DNA of 64,000 nt from Elusimicrobiota bacterium (GTDB lineage Bacteria > Elusimicrobiota > Elusimicrobia > UBA1565). Position numbers and translations under genes: made by a program. Below the pieces are notes generated by a model. It had not been told where the DNA came from and ran no database searches. It saw nothing but the letters and a program-made list of their open reading frames with translations. The DNA lies in assembly GCA_043827405.1 (NCBI GenBank), contig JBDRPD010000068.1, positions 1 through 64,000 of the forward strand. Reading direction: 5' to 3'. Numbering within the stretch: position 1 is the first letter of the stretch; each line of letters begins with the position of its first letter. This document shows positions 33,565-42,574 of the stretch, piece after piece.

Positions 33565-36231
33565 TTATATATCTGTCGGCGGGTGCGCGCCAACCGGGTC
33601 CGGCGGCTTGCTGCGCGGCGCGAGGGTGTCGGTGAAGAAGCCGCGCACGCCGCGCTGGGCGAGGCGCTCCGCCAGCTTCTCGTCGTTGACCGTATGGGCG
33701 TAGACGAAGATACCCATGGCGCTGAGCCGCTGCGCCAGGTCCGACTCCAGCGCCCGCTGGACCGGCATGGCCACGGCGTAGAGCTCGTTGTTCTCGGCGA
33801 ATGTCAGGACCTGTTCGTCCGAGGCGCCCGAGCGGTAGAGCGTGAGGATGATCCGATCGTAGCCCAGGTAGCGGACCTTGCGGTATTCGCTGAGGCGGTA
33901 GATTTGGGCGATGAAGCGGCCGATCAGTTCCGGATTCTGCCGCCACAGCGTATTGAGCGCGCGGTGGTTGTCGTTTTTGACGTCGGTCACGATCTGGGCT
34001 TGCGGATGGGCGGTGAGCCAGCGCAGGAGCGCGTCCGGCGTCAGCGGCGTCAGGCCGCCCCGCATCTTCAGCTTCACGAACTCATCCGCGCCGACGCGGT
34101 CCCGGCGCCCGAAGAGGCGGGAATACGTTTTTTGCCAGTCGTGCAGCAGGACGTAGCGTCCGTCCGCCGCCAGCTCGAAGTCCAGCTCAAAGAAGCGGTG
34201 CCCGCGCTGGTGATAGCTTTGCTCCAGCGCCTCCAGGCTGTTGGTGTAGATCTCGCCGTTTACGGCACCGCCGGCATGGGCGATCCATTTCGGCGGCCGG
34301 GTCTTCGCCGCTGCCGGAGCGCCGTCCGGATAGACGTCGGCCGGCCGGGAGATCCGATCGCGCAGGCTGGTTACCAGGTAGGCCGCCAGCGCCTCGTCGG
34401 CGAAGCTCTCGAGCCGGGCGCCGCGCTGCTCCGGCAGCGGACGACGCTTTTCCGGCGCATGGTCGCGCAGGAGGTCGCCGTCGAGCGTGAAGGCGGCGTG
34501 TCGGGACGGGGTGAACATCCCGCGCTGCGCCTCCGGCCGGAACGGGAAGTGATCGTTGTAGAGCACGGTTTCGGCGTCGTAGAGATAGGCGTCGGCGAAG
34601 CGCAGGTTCCAGCGCTCGTCGTGCAAAGTGAAGACGAACGGCTCGGCCGCCGGCGGGCGCAGAAGGCTGCGGCCCAGGAAGGAGTGCTTGGCGCGCAGGC
34701 CGAGGAAGTCCAGCACGGTGGGGGCGACATCGAGGTGGCTGGCCAGCCGGCCGTCGGCGCCCGGAGCGACGTTTCCGGGCGACCATAGGAGCAGCGGCAC
34801 CCGGAAGAATATCTCCTGGCGCGCGGCGTTGTCGAGCGCGGCGTCTTGCGGGAACAGCATCATGCCGTGGTCGCCGGTTACGACAAAGAGGGTGTTTTTG
34901 GCCCACGGGCGCCGGCGAACCTCCTGGAAGAACTTCCCGAGCGCGTGGTCGGTATAGTAGATGCCCTGAGTGTAGGCCTGATAGAGCGGGTCGCCCCGGA
35001 CGCGCGGGGTGCGTCTTTTCGTCGGGTAATCCCATTGGTAGGGGAAATGGTTCGTGAGCGTGAGGATCTCGGCGAAAAAGGGTCCGGTTTCCCGGTCGAG
35101 GATATTGAGCGCGAAATCGAATAGATTCTCGTCGGAGGGGCCGGGGCCGAGCCGGGGGAGCCCCGAGCCGTAGGTCGAATGGAAGTGATCGACGCCATGG
35201 CGCGACAGGAAGGACTTTTTGCTGCCGAACGTGGGCGGATAGGAGCTGATCCAATGGCTGCGGTAGCCCGCGCGCTTCAGGATCGCCGGCAAAGTGACGA
35301 CCGCTTGCGCGGGGTTGCGCACGTAAGTCGCGCCGCCCGCGTAGTTGGGCATGTAGGAAGCGTGGAGCGCATACTCGGACTTCGTGGTCTGCGAGGCGTT
35401 GGCGTAGAAGGTCGAGAACAGCCGCCCCTCTTTCGCCAGCCGGTCAAAATTAGGGGTGAAGGATGGGCGCGCGCCGTAGGCTCCCGATTCGAAGGCGCGT
35501 ACGGATTCGAGGAGGACCAGCACCACGTTCATCTTTTTCGCGCCCGGGGCTTGCGCCGGCGGCGCGTCGTCAAGCGGCGTCGTCTCGAACGGGAAGCTCC
35601 GGCCGCCTGTCCGGCGCCGCCGCGCGCGGTCCAGCGGCTGATAGCGGTCGGCGTCGGCGGCGATGCGGGCGAGCTCGCGGCCGCCGGACCAGTTCAGCTG
35701 CGCGACGCGCGCCGCCTGGCGGAAGGGGAAGAAGAAGGGGTTGTTCTCGGCGAATAGAAAGCCGGGCCGCGCGGCGGCGGCATGCAGCGCGAGCCCGAGA
35801 GCGGCCGCCAGCGCCAGCCGCAGGGCCGCGCGCGAGCGCGGCGCCGGAGCGAAGGAGCGGGCGGCCCAGGCCAGAGCCGCGGGCAGCGCGAGCCCGAGGA
35901 TCATATCCGCCGGCCTGAGCAGGGCGCGGATGCCGTCGAGCGCGATCGGCATTTCGGAGCGGTGAAGCAGAATTTCGAAATGCGCCCAGGAGCCGAAGAC
36001 CCGGTGATAGACGACCTCGCCGGTGAAGTAGAGGGCGCAGGATGCGGTCAGCGCCAGCCGCGCCAGGGGCTTGGCGGTCGCAAGGAAGAGAGCGAGAAAC
36101 AGCAGCGCGAAGGCCGCGTGATCGATGAGTCCCGTGAAGTTCGGGATGATCCGCATGCTCGCCGCCGAATAGAAGAGCAGGGCCGCGGGGACCGCGGCGA
36201 CCGCCGCCCATTCAGCCCGGCGGGGCTTCAC
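33565..36231 (-). CDS. LTA synthase (LtaS/OpgB, sulfatase fold) family protein fused to a glycerophosphodiester phosphodiesterase (GDPD) domain
   Basis: About 5 N-terminal TMs. NVVLVLLES, TPNFDRLA, QTTKSEY, TNHFPY, TGDHG, VPLLLW, SHLDVAPT. C-terminal IAHAGG..TNSLEAL..ELDF..HD..AHTVND..GFFTD. Confidence 0.85.
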   Translation of the reverse strand: MKPRRAEWAAVAAVPAALLFYSAASMRIIPNFTGLIDHAAFALLFLALFLATAKPLARLALTASCALYFTGEVVYHRVFGSWAHFEILLHRSEMPIALDGIRALLRPADMILGLALPAALAWAARSFAPAPRSRAALRLALAAALGLALHAAAARPGFLFAENNPFFFPFRQAARVAQLNWSGGRELARIAADADRYQPLDRARRRRTGGRSFPFETTPLDDAPPAQAPGAKKMNVVLVLLESVRAFESGAYGARPSFTPNFDRLAKEGRLFSTFYANASQTTKSEYALHASYMPNYAGGATYVRNPAQAVVTLPAILKRAGYRSHWISSYPPTFGSKKSFLSRHGVDHFHSTYGSGLPRLGPGPSDENLFDFALNILDRETGPFFAEILTLTNHFPYQWDYPTKRRTPRVRGDPLYQAYTQGIYYTDHALGKFFQEVRRRPWAKNTLFVVTGDHGMMLFPQDAALDNAARQEIFFRVPLLLWSPGNVAPGADGRLASHLDVAPTVLDFLGLRAKHSFLGRSLLRPPAAEPFVFTLHDERWNLRFADAYLYDAETVLYNDHFPFRPEAQRGMFTPSRHAAFTLDGDLLRDHAPEKRRPLPEQRGARLESFADEALAAYLVTSLRDRISRPADVYPDGAPAAAKTRPPKWIAHAGGAVNGEIYTNSLEALEQSYHQRGHRFFELDFELAADGRYVLLHDWQKTYSRLFGRRDRVGADEFVKLKMRGGLTPLTPDALLRWLTAHPQAQIVTDVKNDNHRALNTLWRQNPELIGRFIAQIYRLSEYRKVRYLGYDRIILTLYRSGASDEQVLTFAENNELYAVAMPVQRALESDLAQRLSAMGIFVYAHTVNDEKLAERLAQRGVRGFFTDTLAPRSKPPDPVGAHPPTDI

Positions 36232-37814
36232 TTTCGCATCTCAAACAGGAAGGTATCGTGGAGCAGGCCGCGGCCGAAAGAGAAAGGCACCGGGCCGACC
36301 AGCGAGCTGTAGAAGCCGGCGCGCCGGCCGGCGGTATCGGTCGTCTGCACCCCGTAGCGGTTATGAACGGGGAGCTTCATATGGGTGCGTACATTTTCGC
36401 GCAGCGGGGGGGGGAGCCGGCGGGCGCCCGTATTGTTGGTGGAGACTAGGAGAATCTCGTCGCGCGCGAGCCGCGGGCGGCGGTAATCAAAAGCGGCGGC
36501 GCCTTCCTGCTCCATGTAGTGCTGGAAGCCCCAGTGGCCGATGAAGGAGACCTTTCTCCCGTCGGCGACCAGAGCGCGGGCGGCGGTGCGGGCGAGAAAG
36601 CGGTGCGCTTCGGCCATGGCGTGGTCGGCCGCCGCGACCCACAGCGTGAGCGCGGCGGCGGGAACCAGCATCCAGGACAGGGCTTGGGTCCACAGCCGTT
36701 CGCGGGGCCGGCCCTCCAGCCAGCGGACGGCGAGCAGCGCCGCGGGAAAGGCGGCGGGCAGCAGGGAGCGGGCGCTCACGGTCCAGTTGAGGCCCGTCGC
36801 GAACACTACGGTCCCCCCCAGCCATAAAATCAGCAGCAGCGAGTCGGCGTCGGCACGGCGCAGCGCGCTTTCGCCGGCCAGCGCGAGGAGGACTATCCCC
36901 GCCAGGGCGAGCGGCGGCCAGAGCCCGCCGGCCGCGGTGCCCGCCGGCATCGCCAGCCACAGCAGCAGCCACAGCCCGGCGGCGGCGGCGGCGAGCCGGC
37001 GGCTGTACGCGGCGGCGGCCGGCAGCAGGACGGCTGGCCACAGAAAGCAGCCGCCGAGAAACGCCGCCGCCGCGCCCAGCGACAATGCCGGGTCGCGGCC
37101 GGTGCTCGCCGCGAATGAGGCCGCGGCCAGCGGATGGAAGAAGCCGATCTCGCCGACGGAGTAGCCGCCCCACAGGCCGACCGCGAGGGCGGGGAGCAGC
37201 AGGGCGCTCAGGTGCGGCGTCCAGCGCCGGGAGCGCGCGGCCCAGTCGGCGATCAGCAGGGGCAGCAGCGCCAGCCCGAAGAGGTTGGTCATCGCGGCGG
37301 CGGCCGCCGCCGCGCCCGCCGGCCACAGCAGAGCCGGACGGTCCGCTTCGCCCGCCGCGCGCGCGAGCAGCACCGCGAGGAGCCAGAAAAACAGCAGCGG
37401 GATGTCGGTCATGACGCTGGTCGCGCTGATGAAGAACGCCGGCGAAGCCAGGGTCATCAGCGCCGGGAGCCCCGGGCTCCGGCACATCCGGCGTCCCAGC
37501 AGGTACATCCAGAGAACGCAGCCGAGGGCGAAGAGCAGGTAAAAGGCGTGCAGCCGTACCTCGTCCTCGCCCAGCGCCGTGACCGCACCGGCCAGGATAT
37601 AGGCGTTGAGCGGCGGGTGCAGGTTGTTGAGCCAGAGCGGAGCCGGCGTGCCCGTCCAGTTGTACAGCGCGCCGTAGGGCCGGGCGGGCGCGGCGCGAAT
37701 CTGCCGCGCGACGCGCAGCTGATAGGCGTCGTCGATATGGAAGGGCTTGGCGAGAAACGGCGCGAGCAGCAGGGCGGTAAGCAGCAGCAGGCCGGCGAGG
37801 GACCGTTGGCGCAT
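36228..37814 (-). CDS. GT-C fold (ArnT/PMT_2-like) membrane glycosyltransferase (~528 aa)
   Basis: PFHIDD, HPPL, MTDIP and R-x-L-L-P motifs with many TMs. ATG 37814 overlaps the stop of the FAH gene. Confidence 0.8.
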   Translation of the reverse strand: MRQRSLAGLLLLTALLLAPFLAKPFHIDDAYQLRVARQIRAAPARPYGALYNWTGTPAPLWLNNLHPPLNAYILAGAVTALGEDEVRLHAFYLLFALGCVLWMYLLGRRMCRSPGLPALMTLASPAFFISATSVMTDIPLLFFWLLAVLLARAAGEADRPALLWPAGAAAAAAAMTNLFGLALLPLLIADWAARSRRWTPHLSALLLPALAVGLWGGYSVGEIGFFHPLAAASFAASTGRDPALSLGAAAAFLGGCFLWPAVLLPAAAAYSRRLAAAAAGLWLLLWLAMPAGTAAGGLWPPLALAGIVLLALAGESALRRADADSLLLILWLGGTVVFATGLNWTVSARSLLPAAFPAALLAVRWLEGRPRERLWTQALSWMLVPAAALTLWVAAADHAMAEAHRFLARTAARALVADGRKVSFIGHWGFQHYMEQEGAAAFDYRRPRLARDEILLVSTNNTGARRLPPPLRENVRTHMKLPVHNRYGVQTTDTAGRRAGFYSSLVGPVPFSFGRGLLHDTFLFEMRK

Positions 37815-38755
37815 CAAGGTTTTGCTGCCGGATGCTTGCGGTAGTTCAGCTCGCGCTGGTGCGCGGCATCCGGCGTTCCGACGGTGTTGCGCAGAACGCC
37901 GATTCCCGGCACTTCCAGCTCGATGTCGTCGCCGGGCCGGAGCCAGCGGCCGAGGTCGAGCCCGCAGCCGCCGTAGAATGTTCCGGAGCCAAGAATGTCG
38001 CCGGGGTGCACGGTCTCGCACTGCGAGGCATGCGAGACCAGGAGGGGGAAGCTCCAGTACTGATCCCGGCTGTGTCCCGCCGACCACTGCTCGCCGTTGA
38101 CGCGGACCGTCATCGAGAAGTCCCGGGAGGGCACCGCCTCGTCCGCCGTGACCAGGCAGGGTCCGAAGGAATTCGCGAAATCCTTGCTTTTGGCCGGCCC
38201 CATGCCGAGGAGCATCTCCTTTTTCTGGATGTCGCGCGCCGAGAAGTCGTTGAATATCGTATAGCCGAAGATGTGCTCGGCGGCTTGTTGCGGGGAAATA
38301 TCCCGGCCGCGCTTGCCGATGACGCAGGCGATCTCGCACTCAAAATCGAAGCGCCGCGTATAATGCGGCCACGGAATCTCCTCTTCCGGACCGTATATTT
38401 CGCGATGGTTGCCCTTGAAGCAGGCGGGGAGGTCGTGCCACTGTTCGGGCAGCGCCGCGCCGGAGCGCTCAGCGGCGGCGCGGGCATGGTCGGCGAAAGC
38501 GAAGAAGTCGCGCAGGGACGGCGGGGCGGGCAGCGGTGCGAGCAGACGCACCGATTCAAGCGGCCGGGCGGCGGACGCGGGCGGCTTCACCATAATCTCC
38601 TGCGCGCGCCGCAGCGCGGACTCTCCCTGCTGGATAAAGGCCAGCATGTCATCGGGGAGCGTGCCATGGGAGGCCGCGTTCAGATCATAGATCTTCCCGT
38701 CGACAACAGCGCCCAGCGCCGTCGCATCGTCGGCATGGAAAGTCGCCAGCTTCAC
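37814..38755 (-). CDS. Fumarylacetoacetate hydrolase family protein
   Basis: GTG start (KLATF). RDFFAF..H, DFECEIA, GYTIFNDFSARDIQ, GPAKSKDF, PGDILGSGT. Confidence 0.92.
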   Translation of the reverse strand: MKLATFHADDATALGAVVDGKIYDLNAASHGTLPDDMLAFIQQGESALRRAQEIMVKPPASAARPLESVRLLAPLPAPPSLRDFFAFADHARAAAERSGAALPEQWHDLPACFKGNHREIYGPEEEIPWPHYTRRFDFECEIACVIGKRGRDISPQQAAEHIFGYTIFNDFSARDIQKKEMLLGMGPAKSKDFANSFGPCLVTADEAVPSRDFSMTVRVNGEQWSAGHSRDQYWSFPLLVSHASQCETVHPGDILGSGTFYGGCGLDLGRWLRPGDDIELEVPGIGVLRNTVGTPDAAHQRELNYRKHPAAKP

Positions 38756-38859
38756 GATTCGAGTGTATGAATTTCGAGCGGAACCTGCTAGCCGCCTATT
38801 GGGAATATCCATTCCGGCGCACGGCTTATCCAGGCGGCTGGTCCCGCCGTAAGGCGGGG

Positions 38860-39636
38860 CTAGTTGTAGATTCCGGTCGACTGCCGGATCAGGTGGAAGG
38901 CGGTGGGAATGCCGCTGTTCGCCGGCAGGCGGCGGATATCGGTTACGTCGGACTGGTAGAAAAGGAGGACTTTGCGCACGTAGTGGCGCGTTTGCCGGTG
39001 CCAGCGGTTGCGGTACAGAAAGCGCGGGCCGGCATTGTAGGCCGCGACGACGCGCTGTACGACCCATACCGGCGCGTCCTGGTAGCGGACGCCCTTGAGG
39101 TTGTACTTGCGCCAGGCGCGCTGGAATAGATGCTCGACGTATTTCGCGCCGGCGCGGATATTGGCTTCCGGGTCGGTCAGCTGCCCCGGGGAGACTCCCA
39201 TCTCCTGGGCGGTGTGCGGCATGAGCTGCATGAGCCCGATGGCTCCGGCCGGCGAGCGGGCGCTGCGGTTGAACTCGGATTCGGCCGCGATGATGGACTT
39301 GAGCAGGCGCGGATCGAGACCGTGCAGGTGCGCGTATTTGAGGATCAGCTGGTCGTAGCGGTCGGTGATCTGCGGGCGGCCGCGCAGAACGCGGAACGTC
39401 CGGCGGTAGGCGCGCGAGGCCTTGGGCGACGGGATGACCTGCGGATGGCGCGTGCCCTTGAGGGTTTTGGGTTTGCACAGGTCGCGCGGAACGCTGGCAT
39501 AGGCCAACAGCACGGACCGCGAACGAGCCTTCTGCGGAGAAGGCGCGCTTTCGGCGCGGTCCTGGGATAACGCGGTGTTGAGCGGGGAGAGGGAGAGTAT
39601 CCCGACCAGAGTTATACGAGCGCTACGTCTTAACAC
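38860..39636 (-). CDS. Lytic transglycosylase (SLT domain)
   Basis: AESEFN, SPAGAIGLMQLMP.TA, NIRAGAKY, AAYNAGP; signal peptide. Confidence 0.93.
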   Translation of the reverse strand: MLRRSARITLVGILSLSPLNTALSQDRAESAPSPQKARSRSVLLAYASVPRDLCKPKTLKGTRHPQVIPSPKASRAYRRTFRVLRGRPQITDRYDQLILKYAHLHGLDPRLLKSIIAAESEFNRSARSPAGAIGLMQLMPHTAQEMGVSPGQLTDPEANIRAGAKYVEHLFQRAWRKYNLKGVRYQDAPVWVVQRVVAAYNAGPRFLYRNRWHRQTRHYVRKVLLFYQSDVTDIRRLPANSGIPTAFHLIRQSTGIYN

Positions 39637-39696
39637 TACCTGACTATTATACCACGGAAACGGCGCCGCCGGCCGAAGAGTTGAGGTGCATTTGAG

Positions 39697-39725
39697 TTGC
39701 GTGTGGACGGAACTCCTGCTACAGT
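39697..39725 (+). promoter_or_regulatory. Putative sigma70 promoter of the leader ORF/cus operon
   Basis: TTGCGT (39697-39702), 17 nt spacer, TACAGT (39720-39725) with an extended -10 TG. Confidence 0.5.
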
Positions 39726-39733
39726 ATCTATGG

Positions 39734-40108
39734 ATGTCAAGAATAATTTTTCGCTGCGTTTTGGTTCTGTCCCTGACGTTGGGCTCCTACCTCAATACCG
39801 GGCTCGGCATGAACATGGGGATTGGGGCGCAGGACGACCATGCCTGCTGCCGCGATGGAGACGGCTCTCCTGACCCGCAGGAGCCGGAAAAGGTTTTGGG
39901 GTGCTGTGTTTTCGCTCCCGGCATCCTTGGCAACGCAGCTCTTTTGCCCATACGTCCGCAGGGCGAACAGGTTTGGACCGCCGTGGTCGCGAACTCCGCG
40001 CCGGCAAGCCAGCCTGAAACCGGAGAAACCGTTCTCGCGCGTGCTCCGCCGGGAGCAAGTACGCATTTCCGCCGTCCTCCTTCCTCCAGAGCACCTCCGT
40101 TCGCCTGA
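39734..40108 (+). CDS. DUF2946/CruR/CutF-like leader protein with Cys pairs and C-terminal RAPP motifs
   Basis: Hydrophobic N-terminus, HACC and GCC, ending LARAPP...RPP..RAPPFA, directly upstream of cusCBA. Confidence 0.7.
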   Translation: MSRIIFRCVLVLSLTLGSYLNTGLGMNMGIGAQDDHACCRDGDGSPDPQEPEKVLGCCVFAPGILGNAALLPIRPQGEQVWTAVVANSAPASQPETGETVLARAPPGASTHFRRPPSSRAPPFA

Positions 40109-40196
40109 TTCCAGGCTGAACTCTCCTTCGTCTGTTCAGCAAGCAACCGTCATTGCCGCGTTGACGCATTAATACGTTTGCCGATTGGAGTCAGAG

Positions 40197-41468
40197 ATGA
40201 ACATACGCATCCGATGCATCGAATTATCGATCCTGCTAGCGGCGCTGGCAGCCGGATATTCAGCCGCCGCTGAGACAGCGCCTGAGCCTATCGCTGTAAA
40301 TGCGCTGGTTGAACAAGCGCTCAATGCCAATCCCGGTCTTAAGGCGGCCCGCCAAAGGTGGTCCGCTGAGCTGGAGCGGCCGGCGCAGGCCAAGGCGCTT
40401 CCCGATCCCCAGCTGACCGTCTCGCAGATGACGGAGAAGCTGGAGACCCGTGCCGGACCGCTGCAGGGAAAGGTCGGGGTGTCGCAGCGCTTCCCGTTCT
40501 TTAGGAAGCGTGCGCTTCAGAGTGAGACCGCGTCGTGGGAGGCCAAGGTCGCGGAGGCGGCCTATCGCTCCGCCCAGCTTAAAGTCCGCGCTCAGGTCAT
40601 CGGAGCCTACTACGACCTGTACTATCTGAATCGAGCGGCGGATATCCTGGGAGAACAGGTCGGCTTCCTGCGGCATTTCGCCCGCGTGGCGGAGAAAAAA
40701 TACGCGGTCGGCAAAGGCGCGCAGGCAATGGTTTTTCGCGCCCAGGCCGAGCTGTCCCGCCTGCAGAACGACGTGATCACGGCGGAGCAGGAAGCCAAGA
40801 GCGTGCGGGCGCGGCTTAACGCTTTGCTTAACCGCAAGCCGTGGGCGGAGGTCGGAAAGCCGCAGGCGCCGGAGTTTCCCAAGCTCCGCTGGGAGGTCGA
40901 GAAGCTGAGGGAGCGGGCGCTGCGGGAGCGACCCGAGCTCCAGGCGCTGGCGGCGCTGGAGGGGAAGACGGAGGCGCAGAGGAAGCTGGCGTTCAAGCGC
41001 TTCTTCCCGGACTTCCTCGTCGGCTACGAGTGGACGCGCATCGGCGCGGGGACGACGATGTCTTCATTCGACGGCAAGGACGCGCATGGACTGTCGATCG
41101 GGCTGAACCTGCCGATCTGGGGCGGTTCTCTTAAGGCGGCGCATAGGGAAGCTGAAGCCCGCGAAAAGGCCGCTTCGCTGAGCAGGGCGGATCTCGTCAA
41201 CCGTACGTTGGCGGAGCTCGAGGACCTCGCGGTCCGCGCCGAGACCTCGGTGCGTCTGGCCAAGGTTGACGAGGAGTCGATCCTGCCGCAGATTCGCGCG
41301 GCTTTGCAGTCGACGCTGAGCGGCTACGAGTCCGACGCCGTGGGCTTTCTGGATCTACTGGATGCCGAGCGGGCGCTGCTTAATCTCGAGCTCGGGCATG
41401 AACGGCACAAGGTGATGTTCCATCAGGTCGTCGCCGAATTGGAGCGTGTTGTCGGGGGGGAGATATGA
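40197..41468 (+). CDS. TolC-family outer-membrane efflux protein (CusC-like role)
   Basis: Signal peptide; AL.ANP.LKAA, LPDPQL, SQRFPF, LNLPIW, FLDLLDAER. Confidence 0.9.
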   Translation: MNIRIRCIELSILLAALAAGYSAAAETAPEPIAVNALVEQALNANPGLKAARQRWSAELERPAQAKALPDPQLTVSQMTEKLETRAGPLQGKVGVSQRFPFFRKRALQSETASWEAKVAEAAYRSAQLKVRAQVIGAYYDLYYLNRAADILGEQVGFLRHFARVAEKKYAVGKGAQAMVFRAQAELSRLQNDVITAEQEAKSVRARLNALLNRKPWAEVGKPQAPEFPKLRWEVEKLRERALRERPELQALAALEGKTEAQRKLAFKRFFPDFLVGYEWTRIGAGTTMSSFDGKDAHGLSIGLNLPIWGGSLKAAHREAEAREKAASLSRADLVNRTLAELEDLAVRAETSVRLAKVDEESILPQIRAALQSTLSGYESDAVGFLDLLDAERALLNLELGHERHKVMFHQVVAELERVVGGEI

Positions 41469-42556
41469 AGCCTGGAAAAATAATCGCGGTATTTGTCGTG
41501 GCGTCGGCAATCTTCGGCGCCGCCTGCGGCAAGAAGCAGGACGTCATTAAGGAGCATGACGGTCAAAAAACGGCCAAGGCCGAGAAAAAAGCCCTGTATC
41601 ACTGCCCCATGCACCCGACCTATACGTCGAACGAGCCGGGCGAGTGCCCGATCTGCGGCATGAACCTGGTGCCGATCGAGGATGACGAGGGCGGCGTTGA
41701 TAAGCATGCGGAGCATCAGGTGGAAGGCCAGTCGCGCGTAAAGGTGGATTCCCGGCGCCGCCAGCTTATCGGTCTAAAGACCGCGGCCGCGGCCGAGCGC
41801 CATATGGTCAAGGTGATTCGATCGGTCGGTCGGGTGGCCTACGATCCGGAGCTTTACCGGACGCAGGAGGAGTACCTGACGGCCTTGGGGAGCTATCGCA
41901 AAATCAGCGCCGGAGGCAGTCCGGAGGCGGCGCAGCGGTCAAAGACCTTGCTCGAATCGAGCAAGCTGCGGCTGAAGATTCTGGGGATCTCGGAGGGGCA
42001 GATCGAAGAGCTCGCCAAGCGCGGCAAGCCTGAAGTGAGCCTGCTGCTGGCGCAGGGCAAGGGCTCTACGCCCTGGCTCTACGCCGATGTCTACGAGAGC
42101 GATCTCCCGGTAGTGCGTGTCGGCCAGGCGGTCAAGGCCGTCTCCTCTTCATTGCCCGGCGAGGTGTTCGAGGGACGGATCAAGGCCATCGATCCGACGA
42201 TCAATCCGAAGACGCGGTCGGTCCGCATCAGGGTCCAGCTCGACGATGCCAAGGGCCTGCTCCGTCCCGATACCTACCTCAATGCGCGCATCCAGGTCGA
42301 CATGGGGAAGCGGCTCGCGATTCCGGCCGAGGCGGTGGTGGACACCGGCGTGCGGCAGGTCGTCTTCGTGGATGAGGGAGAGGGCTATATCACGCCCCGC
42401 ATCGCCGTGCTCGGCGTCCGCGATGATGAGTTCGTCGAAGTTCGGGAAGGCATTGCCGAAGGCGAGGCAGTCGTGACCAGCGGCAATTTCCTTATCGACT
42501 CAGAGTCCAAGCTTAAGGCGGCTATCGCGGCTATCGCCGGCGGCCACCAGCACTAA
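41465..42556 (+). CDS. cusB: CusB-like RND membrane fusion lipoprotein with a heavy-metal-binding domain
   Basis: Lipobox (GAAC); YHCPMHP...PGECPICGMNL; IDP.INPKTR, FLIDSES. Confidence 0.9.
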   Translation: MKPGKIIAVFVVASAIFGAACGKKQDVIKEHDGQKTAKAEKKALYHCPMHPTYTSNEPGECPICGMNLVPIEDDEGGVDKHAEHQVEGQSRVKVDSRRRQLIGLKTAAAAERHMVKVIRSVGRVAYDPELYRTQEEYLTALGSYRKISAGGSPEAAQRSKTLLESSKLRLKILGISEGQIEELAKRGKPEVSLLLAQGKGSTPWLYADVYESDLPVVRVGQAVKAVSSSLPGEVFEGRIKAIDPTINPKTRSVRIRVQLDDAKGLLRPDTYLNARIQVDMGKRLAIPAEAVVDTGVRQVVFVDEGEGYITPRIAVLGVRDDEFVEVREGIAEGEAVVTSGNFLIDSESKLKAAIAAIAGGHQH

Positions 42557-42574
42557 CGGCTGGAGAGTGATGCC

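Noticed and set aside
37815..39478. N-terminal extensions of the GT-C (to 38339) and FAH (to 39478) ORFs, which look like fusions
   Set aside because: The extensions are Arg/Pro-rich out-of-frame readings of the neighbouring FAH and SLT genes.
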